From Thermoleophilia bacterium (GTDB lineage Bacteria; Actinomycetota; Thermoleophilia; RBG-16-64-13), in assembly GCA_026415615.1 (NCBI GenBank), contig JAOAGT010000002.1, positions 448,545 to 512,544 on the forward strand: 64,000 nt of DNA, read 5' to 3'. Below the pieces are notes generated by a model. The model searched no databases. It worked only from the letters and a program-made list of their open reading frames with translations, and was not told the DNA's origin. Shown here piece by piece: positions 16,399-24,900 of the stretch; positions within the stretch are counted from its first letter, which is position 1; each line of letters starts with the position of its first letter. The translations under genes were made by a program, and so were the position numbers.

Positions 16399-17715
16399 TT
16401 ACTTGCCGGTCACACTGGGAAGCCATGTCGCTAGCCCCGGGATAAGGAACAGGAGCACTACCATCAGCAGCCCGAGGGCAAAGAACGGCATGGAAGAACG
16501 AAACACCTGCCCCAGGGTAGCATGTGGTGGTGCTATAGCCTTCATAGTGTAAACATCCAGTCCAAACGGCGGAGATATCAGACCAAGCTGGATGTTAAGG
16601 AGAGAAACGACCCCGTACCAGATCAGATCGTACCCGAGGGCCTTAGCCAGCGGGAAGAAGATTGGCACCGTGATCATAACGATGCTGGCCGGATCCATGA
16701 ACATGCCGAGGAAGATAAGAATCACTTGAGTAGCGATGATTATGTAGATGGGGGCAATGTTGGCGCCTGTGGCCATATCGATCAGCTTTTGAATGGCCCC
16801 GGTGGTGGCCAGGATGCGGCTGAAGCTAATTGAGCCCACCACAATGAACATAACCATGACGGTGACGCGTACGCAGCTCATGGCGGATTTCGTTACCGTT
16901 TTCCAGCTTAACTGTCGGTAGAAAGCCGCCAGGACAAAGCAGGCTAACACGCCTAGAGCCGCTGCCTCACTCGGGGTGGCCACACCCAGGTATATGCTTC
17001 CGATCACCGCCAGAATGACAATGCCGATTGGGAGGATGTGGAATGTAAACGTGCGAAGCTTGTCTGTGAGGGAGACCTTTTCCACCTCGTAGGTGGGGGC
17101 AAGCGAAGGATCAAGTTTGCAACGTATCATGATGTAGAGGGCAAAGAGAATGGCCAGAAGCACACCGGGGATGATAATGGCCATGAGCAGCTTCCCTACT
17201 GAAATTTGCCCGATGGCTCCCAAAAAGACGGCAAGCGCGCTCGGTGGGATCAGAATGGCTAGGGTCCCGCTGGTGACGATGGGACCGTAAATCATAGCTG
17301 GTTTGTATCCTCGCGCTTCCATTTCGGGTACTAGTACCCGTCCAAGGATGCCAATCGATCCTCCACTGATGCCAATCATCGTCCCCAGAAGGACGCCGGA
17401 CCCTACGGCGAGTAGGCTTAAGCGGCCGGGCACCTTGCCTAGGAGCTTGTCTACCGCGCCCACTATTCGTGCGCCTGCTCCCGAAGAGAAGATGACGTCT
17501 CCCATCAGCACAAAAAGCGGGATGGGTAAAAACGCATAGTTTGCTACCGCGCTGTAAAAGCTCATTGCCAGCTGATCAAGACCCGGCGCCCCGCCCCAAA
17601 ACAGGACAGAACCAATGATGCACGTGAAGGTGAAAGCGAAACATATGGGCATGCCAGTCATCATGATGACAATGAGGCAACCAAACATGATAAGCAGTGA
17701 CGCCAACCATTCCAT
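16399..17715 (-). CDS. TRAP transporter large permease (DctM family)
   Basis: 438 aa polytopic membrane protein with DctM-like conserved stretches (GVATPSEAAALGV, LIPPSALAVFLGAIG). Confidence 0.9.
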   Translation of the reverse strand: MEWLASLLIMFGCLIVIMMTGMPICFAFTFTCIIGSVLFWGGAPGLDQLAMSFYSAVANYAFLPIPLFVLMGDVIFSSGAGARIVGAVDKLLGKVPGRLSLLAVGSGVLLGTMIGISGGSIGILGRVLVPEMEARGYKPAMIYGPIVTSGTLAILIPPSALAVFLGAIGQISVGKLLMAIIIPGVLLAILFALYIMIRCKLDPSLAPTYEVEKVSLTDKLRTFTFHILPIGIVILAVIGSIYLGVATPSEAAALGVLACFVLAAFYRQLSWKTVTKSAMSCVRVTVMVMFIVVGSISFSRILATTGAIQKLIDMATGANIAPIYIIIATQVILIFLGMFMDPASIVMITVPIFFPLAKALGYDLIWYGVVSLLNIQLGLISPPFGLDVYTMKAIAPPHATLGQVFRSSMPFFALGLLMVVLLFLIPGLATWLPSVTGK

Positions 17716-17724
17716 GGCTGCCTC

Positions 17725-18273
17725 CTACTCTGCTTTACCAGCTGGAGGCTGGGTCTCCGCTGGGGTCGGGGGACTGGTCTGCCGGTAGGCTTTAAAGTAG
17801 TTGACCGCGTGCCTTACTGCCTGGATTGTCAGCACCAGAAACGATATGGGAATGATCATCTCGATGGGCCACTTAACCGGATTAAGCACAGTAGCCAAGA
17901 TGAAGTGGTTGAGGTAGTCGTTGATAGTTAGCCGCGCGGTCAGAAAAAGACATAGGAGGCACAGGGCAACTACTACGCATGAAGTGGCGAAGTTAAGCAA
18001 GTTCTGGGCTCTCTTTGAAAGCATTCCAAGAATGGATTCCATCCTTACATGCCCGTGGTCGCGGTAGATGGCGGCTGTGCCAAGAAAGGTAAGCCACACC
18101 ATCGTGTAGGTCAGAAGCTCATACAAAGGTGCCCAGGTGAAGTCGACTGTCTTTCTGATGATTACGTCCTGTGCTATGGCCAAAGTGTCGAGAAGGATCA
18201 AGATGGCCGAGAGCAGCAGGAGAAAGTTAACAAGCTTGTCAAAAGCTCGGCCAGCTTTCTGTAAGAAGCGCAT
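17725..18273 (-). CDS. TRAP transporter small permease (DctQ family)
   Basis: 182 aa, four predicted TM helices, positioned immediately upstream of DctM. Confidence 0.75.
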   Translation of the reverse strand: MRFLQKAGRAFDKLVNFLLLLSAILILLDTLAIAQDVIIRKTVDFTWAPLYELLTYTMVWLTFLGTAAIYRDHGHVRMESILGMLSKRAQNLLNFATSCVVVALCLLCLFLTARLTINDYLNHFILATVLNPVKWPIEMIIPISFLVLTIQAVRHAVNYFKAYRQTSPPTPAETQPPAGKAE

Positions 18274-18458
18274 GTCACTAACCTCTCACAGGTTGGTTGA
18301 AGTACGCGCAAGCAGAGAAGCAGAGGGCGCGAAGCGGCCCTGGACAGGGCCGCTTCGCGCCCTCACTTGGGTCTTGCCTGGTTCCGCAGGATGGCAAACC
18401 ACCCCGATCCGCCTAGCCTACGACCTGTCTAGCCTATGGCTGGCTAATCCAGGCACCT

Positions 18459-19610
18459 TTACTTGGCGCGCTCAAAGTCTGGATTCACGAGCCATTCCTT
18501 GAGCTTGGGGCCAATCTCGGGCCACCTCGCGATGTCTTCGGCCCACATCGACTCGCGGTACTTCAGATAGAACTGCTTTGACTCCTCAGGCGACAGGTGA
18601 ATGATCTTAATACCCGCAGCTTCAAGATCTGCCTTTACCTTTTCCACTGTCTTGTGGAAGTGGTCCGCCATGTCAATCTCGGTTTGAATCATGGCTTGGG
18701 TGAGCACGGCCTTTTGTTTCTCAGTGAGGCTCTCCCACTTCTTGAGGTTCATGATCATCATGCCGCCGCAGGAGCTGAACGGCTCGTCCAGCATAGCCTT
18801 GGTCACAGGCGTGAGTCCGAAGTCCTGAATGCCGGGGATGCCGATGTTGTAGCCGTCGACTGTCCCGCGCTCCATGGCTGTGAAGTACTCAGTAAAGTCT
18901 ATGGGCACGCAGACTGCGCCGAGGGCCTCAATGAAGGAACGGTTGGAACCGCCGGTGGCTGCGATCTTGAGCCCCTTCAAGTCAGCTAGGCCGTTGATAA
19001 CCTTGCCGAGGTAAATGACCGTCTGCTCCTGGGGACGAGACGAGACAGAGGCCCCCAAGTACTTGATGCCGTTCTTAGCAAATTCTTCCTCGTAGTACTT
19101 AAAGGCTGGGTTGCCGTTGCGCAGCTCTGGCGGGCTGTATTCAGCTCGCCCGATGGTGCTGCATCCGGGGACCATGGTGTCGCAATAGGCGGACATTACG
19201 CTCGCGATATCCATCGTGCCCCTTTGTACTGCAGCTGGCTGGTCCGGGGCGGGGATAGCCTCTGGGCCGTTGAACTTGATGGTCATCTTGCCAGCCGAGT
19301 ATTCCTGGACCTTGTTAATGAAGTCGCGGTGCCAGTCGGCTCCCGGGGGAATATCGGGCAAGAAGCAGGCCATGGAAAGCTCGATAGGCTCTACATCAGC
19401 AATTACCTGAGGCCCCGACGCAGCTGTCGTTTCTGTAGATGGCGCAGTAGTCTCAGTGGGCGCAGCCGTAGTGGTTGTCGCGGGTGCTTGGGTGGTAGCG
19501 GTGGTAGCCGGTGCGGCTGTGGTTGTGGTGGCTTCTTCCTCTCCGCACGATACCGCCAGGATAGACAGCGCAAGTACACAGCAAATGGCTATTATGGCCA
19601 GTTTCCTCAT
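18459..19610 (-). CDS. TRAP transporter substrate-binding lipoprotein (DctP family)
   Basis: Start placed at MRKLAIIAICCVLALSILAVSCGEE (GGGGGG ribosome-binding site upstream). TTTTAAPATTATTQAPATTTTAAPTETTAPSTETT linker. DctP-fold body. The six-frame ORF extends to 19736 but that N-terminal extension lacks a signal peptide. Confidence 0.85.
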   Translation of the reverse strand: MRKLAIIAICCVLALSILAVSCGEEEATTTTAAPATTATTQAPATTTTAAPTETTAPSTETTAASGPQVIADVEPIELSMACFLPDIPPGADWHRDFINKVQEYSAGKMTIKFNGPEAIPAPDQPAAVQRGTMDIASVMSAYCDTMVPGCSTIGRAEYSPPELRNGNPAFKYYEEEFAKNGIKYLGASVSSRPQEQTVIYLGKVINGLADLKGLKIAATGGSNRSFIEALGAVCVPIDFTEYFTAMERGTVDGYNIGIPGIQDFGLTPVTKAMLDEPFSSCGGMMIMNLKKWESLTEKQKAVLTQAMIQTEIDMADHFHKTVEKVKADLEAAGIKIIHLSPEESKQFYLKYRESMWAEDIARWPEIGPKLKEWLVNPDFERAK

Positions 19611-20184
19611 GGTGCCCCCCAATCCTAAGATTGCCTGATTTTGCCAAGTCTGCCTGCTGACGTGGAAGTCATTTCTCGCAAGTGCCGAGATGTGCTCTGG
19701 TCCGCTCCAACCTCCTTTGCTCCCGTTTGCTGTCAAGCCGGAACCTGTTGATCAGTGCCTCCCGGTATCGCCAAGCGTATAGCGTGGTGCTCCCGGGCCG
19801 AGACTGCTACTCCGGCGCGCCCGACTATGTTAGTGAGGACTACTAGCACACGCTACTAGCGAATGCAACCGGTCTGTGTTATGTAGGACAGGTAATCGAG
19901 TTACTAGACAGCGTTCTTACCAGGGCAAGATGCTTCCCTCGGTACTGGGAATGAAAGGCGTGACACACAACATGGACTACCTTGACTTGCCCGCGGGCAA
20001 GAAAGAAAACACCAAGAAGGATGACGGTACTGGCCCTGAGGGCAACAGTTCGTCGCCACAGACCGGAACCACCCTCACCACCCACACCCGTGAGATCTCG
20101 GGAACTGTAGCTCGCAGTAGTGAGACCGCGGGAACAAACGGAGGAGGCAGCAAGAGGAGCTCCGTATCTCTGCGGTGGAAGACC

Positions 20185-20832
20185 ATGAAGCCCGAACAAA
20201 AGAAGGAGGCGGTTATCAAAGCCGTACTGCGGGTGATAGCCAAACACGGGGTTCAAGGTACCACCACCGCTCGTATCGCTGCAGCTCTGGGGGTATCTGA
20301 GCCGACCATCTACCGAGTTTTCCCGAGCCGGCGGGAAATGCTTCTGGCTGCGGCGCAAAGTCTATGGCGGCAACGCCGTGAAGAGCTCGAGGCGTTTGTT
20401 CCAGTTGACGCTATGGACTATCTAAGGAAGTTATCTGCGCATCACACCGCTGGCATCCAGAAAACCAGAGTAACCCGGTATCTTTACGAGCTTTCGGTTG
20501 CGCGGCCTTCTGATGGACTCCGTGACTACTTGCGCGGGGAAATGATCGCCGAAGCAGAACGTCTTGCGGCTATTGTGGAGCAAGGACAAAAAGAAGGGTG
20601 CATCCGTGCAGACGTAGACCCCGGGGAAACAGCCTGGCGGATCATGACCGTTTACTGGCTTGAGGCTATGGCCCGGCTCCATGGGCTTGAGGACATTCTT
20701 CTCACCGGGTTTTCCACCCGGTTTTTCGACGGGATCCTAACCGACATTGCTGCCGCGCCTCTAGATGCACCAGGTGAGCAGCAAACTGTAGGGCAAAGTA
20801 GCGTCAAAGCGAGCGGTCTTGAGGGAGTGTGA
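20185..20832 (+). CDS. TetR/AcrR family transcriptional regulator
   Basis: HTH: KEAVIKAVLRVIAKHGVQGTTTARIAAALGVSEPTIYRVFPSRREML. The six-frame ORF starts at 19876 with a roughly 100 aa Gly/Thr/Ser-rich extension. Either start is possible. Confidence 0.7.
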   Translation: MKPEQKKEAVIKAVLRVIAKHGVQGTTTARIAAALGVSEPTIYRVFPSRREMLLAAAQSLWRQRREELEAFVPVDAMDYLRKLSAHHTAGIQKTRVTRYLYELSVARPSDGLRDYLRGEMIAEAERLAAIVEQGQKEGCIRADVDPGETAWRIMTVYWLEAMARLHGLEDILLTGFSTRFFDGILTDIAAAPLDAPGEQQTVGQSSVKASGLEGV

Positions 20833-20836
20833 ATAG

Positions 20837-22093
20837 ATGGATCACCAGTCTCCGCAAGTCTTGTACCAAGAGAGATTAAAGAGGATTGAGGACGCCATAG
20901 CACTGCGCCAGCCGGATAGAGTCCCGATCGTGATGTCTGCCGGATATTTTCTGGCTGATCTGGGAGGCATTACCAAACAGCAGCTGCTTGAGGACCCTGA
21001 ACTTTGCCAACAGCTGCTAGAAAAGGCCGCCCTTGAATTTCAGCCTGATTCAATCTGGGGTCCTATGCCGGCGGATCCAACTCCCTCCCTTATTCTGGGG
21101 GACAGACAGAGCGCTTGGCCCGGACACCAGCTTTCGCCCAACAGCCAGTTCCAGTTCGTTGAAGGCGAATTCATGAAGGAAGACGAGTACGAGGAATTCC
21201 TGGAAGATCCCACCGACTGGACCATCCGCACCTATTTGCCGCGGGTGTTTGGGGCGCTTGAAAGCTTTGCGCAGCTGCCGCCTCCGATTCTGTTCCTGTT
21301 TGGCGGGGGTTTTGGCCTTTCTAATTTTGCAATGCTGACCTCAGGGGCATTCGCGGAGTCTTTCAAAGCTTTTGCCAAGGCCTTACAGGCGGTAGCCGAA
21401 GGCCATGAGCGGGCAGCCAGAAATCATGAGCGCATGGCGGCGTTGGGTTTTCCGCCGAGCTTCATGAACGGTCCGATTCTAACCGCTCCCTTCGACGTGA
21501 TGTCTGATGCGGTTCGTGGGATGCGCGGCATTATGCTCGACGTTATTCGGCGTCCCGACAAGCTGCTTGCGGCGCAAGAAAAGGTGATGCGCTTTGAGCT
21601 TAAGTGGGCTCTTGATTTTTGCCGGGCTACGGGCGCAAAGAGAGCTTTTCTGCCTCTTCACAGGGGGTCGGATGGCTTCATGTCGCTGAAGCAGTTTGAG
21701 ACCTTGTACTGGCCGCAGCTGAAGAAGGTTCTCGAGACCCTCATAGAGAACGGCGTGACCCCCGTGGTGTTCTACGAAGGCTGCTGGAATCAAAGACTGG
21801 AGTATCTAGCGGAGCTACCCAAGGGCAAGAGCGTAGGATGGTTCCAAGCAAGCGACATCTTCAAAGTCAAGGAAGTGCTTGGCGACACCATGTGCATCAT
21901 GGGGGGGATGCCAAACTCGCTGCTTAAGGCTGGTCCTGCCGAGGAGGTGCGTGCGTTCACCAAACGCCTTTGCGAAGAGGTTGGCAAGGGCGGGGGATTC
22001 ATCATGACCACCGCGGTTGGCGAATTGGCTGGCTGCGATCCGGATCTCATCAAGGTGTGGGTGGAGGCGACCAAGGAATTTGGGAAAGCTTAG
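20837..22093 (+). CDS. uroporphyrinogen decarboxylase (URO-D) family methyltransferase (MtaA/CmuA/MtvB-like corrinoid methyltransferase)
   Basis: 418 aa with the URO-D-fold pattern (RVPIVMSAGYFLADLGGIT, VVFYEGCWNQRLEYL, MCIMGGMPNSLL, GGGFIM). This family supplies substrate:corrinoid or methylcobamide:acceptor methyltransferases in anaerobes. Confidence 0.8.
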   Translation: MDHQSPQVLYQERLKRIEDAIALRQPDRVPIVMSAGYFLADLGGITKQQLLEDPELCQQLLEKAALEFQPDSIWGPMPADPTPSLILGDRQSAWPGHQLSPNSQFQFVEGEFMKEDEYEEFLEDPTDWTIRTYLPRVFGALESFAQLPPPILFLFGGGFGLSNFAMLTSGAFAESFKAFAKALQAVAEGHERAARNHERMAALGFPPSFMNGPILTAPFDVMSDAVRGMRGIMLDVIRRPDKLLAAQEKVMRFELKWALDFCRATGAKRAFLPLHRGSDGFMSLKQFETLYWPQLKKVLETLIENGVTPVVFYEGCWNQRLEYLAELPKGKSVGWFQASDIFKVKEVLGDTMCIMGGMPNSLLKAGPAEEVRAFTKRLCEEVGKGGGFIMTTAVGELAGCDPDLIKVWVEATKEFGKA

Positions 22094-22123
22094 CAAAGCA
22101 CAGGAAAGCTTAGGAATGAAACC

Positions 22124-22858
22124 ATGGACCTCAAGTTGAAGGATAAAGTTGCGCTCGTTACAGGAGCAGGGAGTCCCATAGGCTATGGCAGGGCAATTGC
22201 TCTCACCCTGGCCGAAGAGGGCTGTCGAGTTGCCTGTGCTGACCTACGACTTGACTGGGCAGAGGAGACCGCTGCCCTAATCAGAGAGGCAGGCGGCGAA
22301 GCCTTCGCAGTCAAGGTTGACGTGACCGACATGGCCCAGGTGGAGGCCATGGTGGAGGCGGTTGTTGCCCGATACGGGCGGATCGACATTCTCGTTAACA
22401 ACGCTGGCAAAAGCAGCATCGACAAACCTTTCATGGAAAAGACCCGGGCAGACTGGGATCTCGATATTCAGGTGAATTTGTATGGCCAAATGAACGTGGC
22501 GCGCGCAGTGATTCCTCACATGGCCAGGCAAGGCTATGGGCGCATCATTAACACTTCCGGCGGGCAGGGCTTGCCGACCGTATCCACTTACGGAGCAGCC
22601 AAAGCAGGGGTGGAAGCATTTACACATTCGTTGGCCATGGAGGTTGCCTCCTTGGGGATCATCGTAAACGCCATTGCCCCGGGGCTGGGGGAGACCGGCC
22701 TGATTTCGGCCAGCGAAGAACACAAAGAGGGGTATCGGCGTATGTCGGCCCTAAAACGCCTTTGCACTCCAGCCGACGTGGCACCTGCGGTGGCGTTTCT
22801 AGCTTCGGATGTTTGTAGCTACATGGTTGGGCAGTGCCTCAGGTTGAGTACCCACTAG
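22124..22858 (+). CDS. SDR family oxidoreductase (FabG-like)
   Basis: VALVTGAGSPIGYGRAIALTLAEEG, NNAG, catalytic YGAAK, PGLGET. Confidence 0.9.
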   Translation: MDLKLKDKVALVTGAGSPIGYGRAIALTLAEEGCRVACADLRLDWAEETAALIREAGGEAFAVKVDVTDMAQVEAMVEAVVARYGRIDILVNNAGKSSIDKPFMEKTRADWDLDIQVNLYGQMNVARAVIPHMARQGYGRIINTSGGQGLPTVSTYGAAKAGVEAFTHSLAMEVASLGIIVNAIAPGLGETGLISASEEHKEGYRRMSALKRLCTPADVAPAVAFLASDVCSYMVGQCLRLSTH

Positions 22859-22873
22859 CAAGGAGTACCAGTC

Positions 22874-23095
22874 ATGGCCATACGTCACTTTAGTCGTGAC
22901 GATTGCACGGGATGCGGGATATGTGTCGCTGCGTGTCCCATGGATGTGCTTCGTCTGGATGAGGAAGCGCAGAAGGCAACCGTAAGCTATCCCGACGACT
23001 GCATCGCCTGCTGGGGTTGCGAGTCGTTCTGTCCGCAGGGTTGTTTCGATATTTCTCCCGAACGGGCCCGCGGGGAGCTACCCGCTCCTTACTGA
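22874..23095 (+). CDS. 2x[4Fe-4S] ferredoxin
   Basis: CTGCGICVAACP and CIACWGCESFCP motifs in 73 aa. AAGGAG ribosome-binding site. Confidence 0.85.
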   Translation: MAIRHFSRDDCTGCGICVAACPMDVLRLDEEAQKATVSYPDDCIACWGCESFCPQGCFDISPERARGELPAPY

Positions 23096-23133
23096 GTCTC
23101 GCGGAGTAACAAAGGCGAGTGGGAAGGAAAGAC

Positions 23134-24849
23134 ATGAGAGGCTGGGATCAAACGCCGGTTAGGATTGCTGCCGATGTGCTGGTGCTGGGAGCGGGCGGTG
23201 CTGGCATGTGTGCGGCGCTTAAAGCGCGGGAAATCGGCGCTGATGTTCTGATGGTAGACAAGTGCGGCATCGGCTACAACGGGCAGGTGCCTATCGGGGG
23301 CGGCATACTCGCGTACATTTACCCCTCCTACGTAGAGACGTGGGTTGAGAAAGTTACCCGCCAGAGCCATTTCTTCAACAACCAGGAATGGACGTATCTC
23401 TTTGGCCGCTCAATGGACCCAGTTACTACTGAGCTTGCGAAGCTAGGGCTCACATTCTTGCGGAAAGAGGGCGAGATCGAGATTCTAACCTGGGGTCCAA
23501 ATATCCATGTGACGCTATTTGACGCGCCCAAGTCCTTAGTGGCCCTAAAAAGAACAGCCGCCGCCCGGGGCGTGCGCATGATGGACAAGATTTTTGCTGT
23601 CGATCTGCTCAAGAAAGACGACCGTGTGGTAGGAGCGGTGGCCTTTGGGTTGGTAGATGGGCGGGTTTATGTTTTTGATGCCAAGGCAGTAATTGTTGCC
23701 ACCGGGAACTGCGGCTACCAGCATGAAAAAACTTACAGCTCCGTCCAAGGCGAGGGCCCAGCTATGGGTTATCGAGCGGGGGCCAAACTCACCAACGCCG
23801 AGTTCAACAGCATGTACGTGTGGGGAGCTAAGGTCCTTGGCAAGGAGTTAATGGGCATCCATTACTACCTGTATCTCGAGAACGCCCGGGGAGAAAAGAT
23901 TATGGGCAAGCACTATCCGGAGCTGATGGTAGGAAAGCATGCCGTCTACACCTTTGATCCTCGGGTTATTGACGCCATGTACAAAGAGGTCCAGGCTGGG
24001 CTAGGACCCATCTATCTAAACCTCACGGGGCTGAGCGAGGAAGAAATTGCAGGGCTTGCCGAAGACGTCGTGGAAGAACTCTCTCATCTTATGGCAAACG
24101 ACTCCATGCGTTTGCTTCGGGAAAAGGCCGGCATTGATCCCACGAAAGAGCGCATCGAAATGTGGCCTCGTCTGTTGTACACGGGGGGCGGCATGCTGGT
24201 GGACACAGAGTGTCGAACGACTGTCCCAGGTCTTTGGGCGGCGGGGGGAGCGTGCAGCACCTTGTGGACTAACGGCGGCGGTGGTCAGGGCGGTCTAGGG
24301 GTACAGAACGCCGCGGTTACTGGATTTGTCGCTGGGGAGAGTGCAGCCAAATGGGCGGCGGAGACAACGCTTGTGCGCGCCGATGATGCCCATGTTGAGC
24401 AAGTTGTGGGGCGGATTATTGAGCCGCTTGTGCGGGAAGGGGCGGGCGACCCGTACGAGGTCACCTACCGAGTACATGAAGCAATAGTTCCCATGAAGTA
24501 CAACCGCATCCGAGAGGCTACTAGGATGCGTGAGGCACTGGGGATCTTGGCGGATGCGCGCGAAAAACTGTCTCGTATAAGCGTCCGCAATTTCCACGAT
24601 CTAGCCCGTTATCACTCAGCAGAAAGCATGCTGATGGCGGCGGAGTTTACCTACCAGGCTGCTTTAATGCGCCAGGAGAGCAGAAGCCAGCACTATAGAG
24701 AAGATTTCCCCGCGCGAGACGACGCAAATTGGCTTAAGTGGATCACGATCGAAAAGGGGGCAAACGGCCCCGAGCTTGGTGTTGTACCCGTGCCCTTGGA
24801 GAAGTACCCGCTCAAACCAGACTGGTGGCCAGCATTGAGCGGGAATTAG
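23134..24849 (+). CDS. FAD-dependent oxidoreductase, succinate dehydrogenase/fumarate reductase flavoprotein-like family
   Basis: ADVLVLGAGGAGMCAALKARE dinucleotide-binding motif. Approximately 570 aa. C-terminal helical capping domain. Start chosen at ATG 23134 (the ORF alternatively starts at 23119). Confidence 0.8.
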   Translation: MRGWDQTPVRIAADVLVLGAGGAGMCAALKAREIGADVLMVDKCGIGYNGQVPIGGGILAYIYPSYVETWVEKVTRQSHFFNNQEWTYLFGRSMDPVTTELAKLGLTFLRKEGEIEILTWGPNIHVTLFDAPKSLVALKRTAAARGVRMMDKIFAVDLLKKDDRVVGAVAFGLVDGRVYVFDAKAVIVATGNCGYQHEKTYSSVQGEGPAMGYRAGAKLTNAEFNSMYVWGAKVLGKELMGIHYYLYLENARGEKIMGKHYPELMVGKHAVYTFDPRVIDAMYKEVQAGLGPIYLNLTGLSEEEIAGLAEDVVEELSHLMANDSMRLLREKAGIDPTKERIEMWPRLLYTGGGMLVDTECRTTVPGLWAAGGACSTLWTNGGGGQGGLGVQNAAVTGFVAGESAAKWAAETTLVRADDAHVEQVVGRIIEPLVREGAGDPYEVTYRVHEAIVPMKYNRIREATRMREALGILADAREKLSRISVRNFHDLARYHSAESMLMAAEFTYQAALMRQESRSQHYREDFPARDDANWLKWITIEKGANGPELGVVPVPLEKYPLKPDWWPALSGN

Positions 24850-24900
24850 CTGGTAGTTGGATAGGCGGCCCTCAACGGTAAAGGAGGCGGGAAGAGCGCG

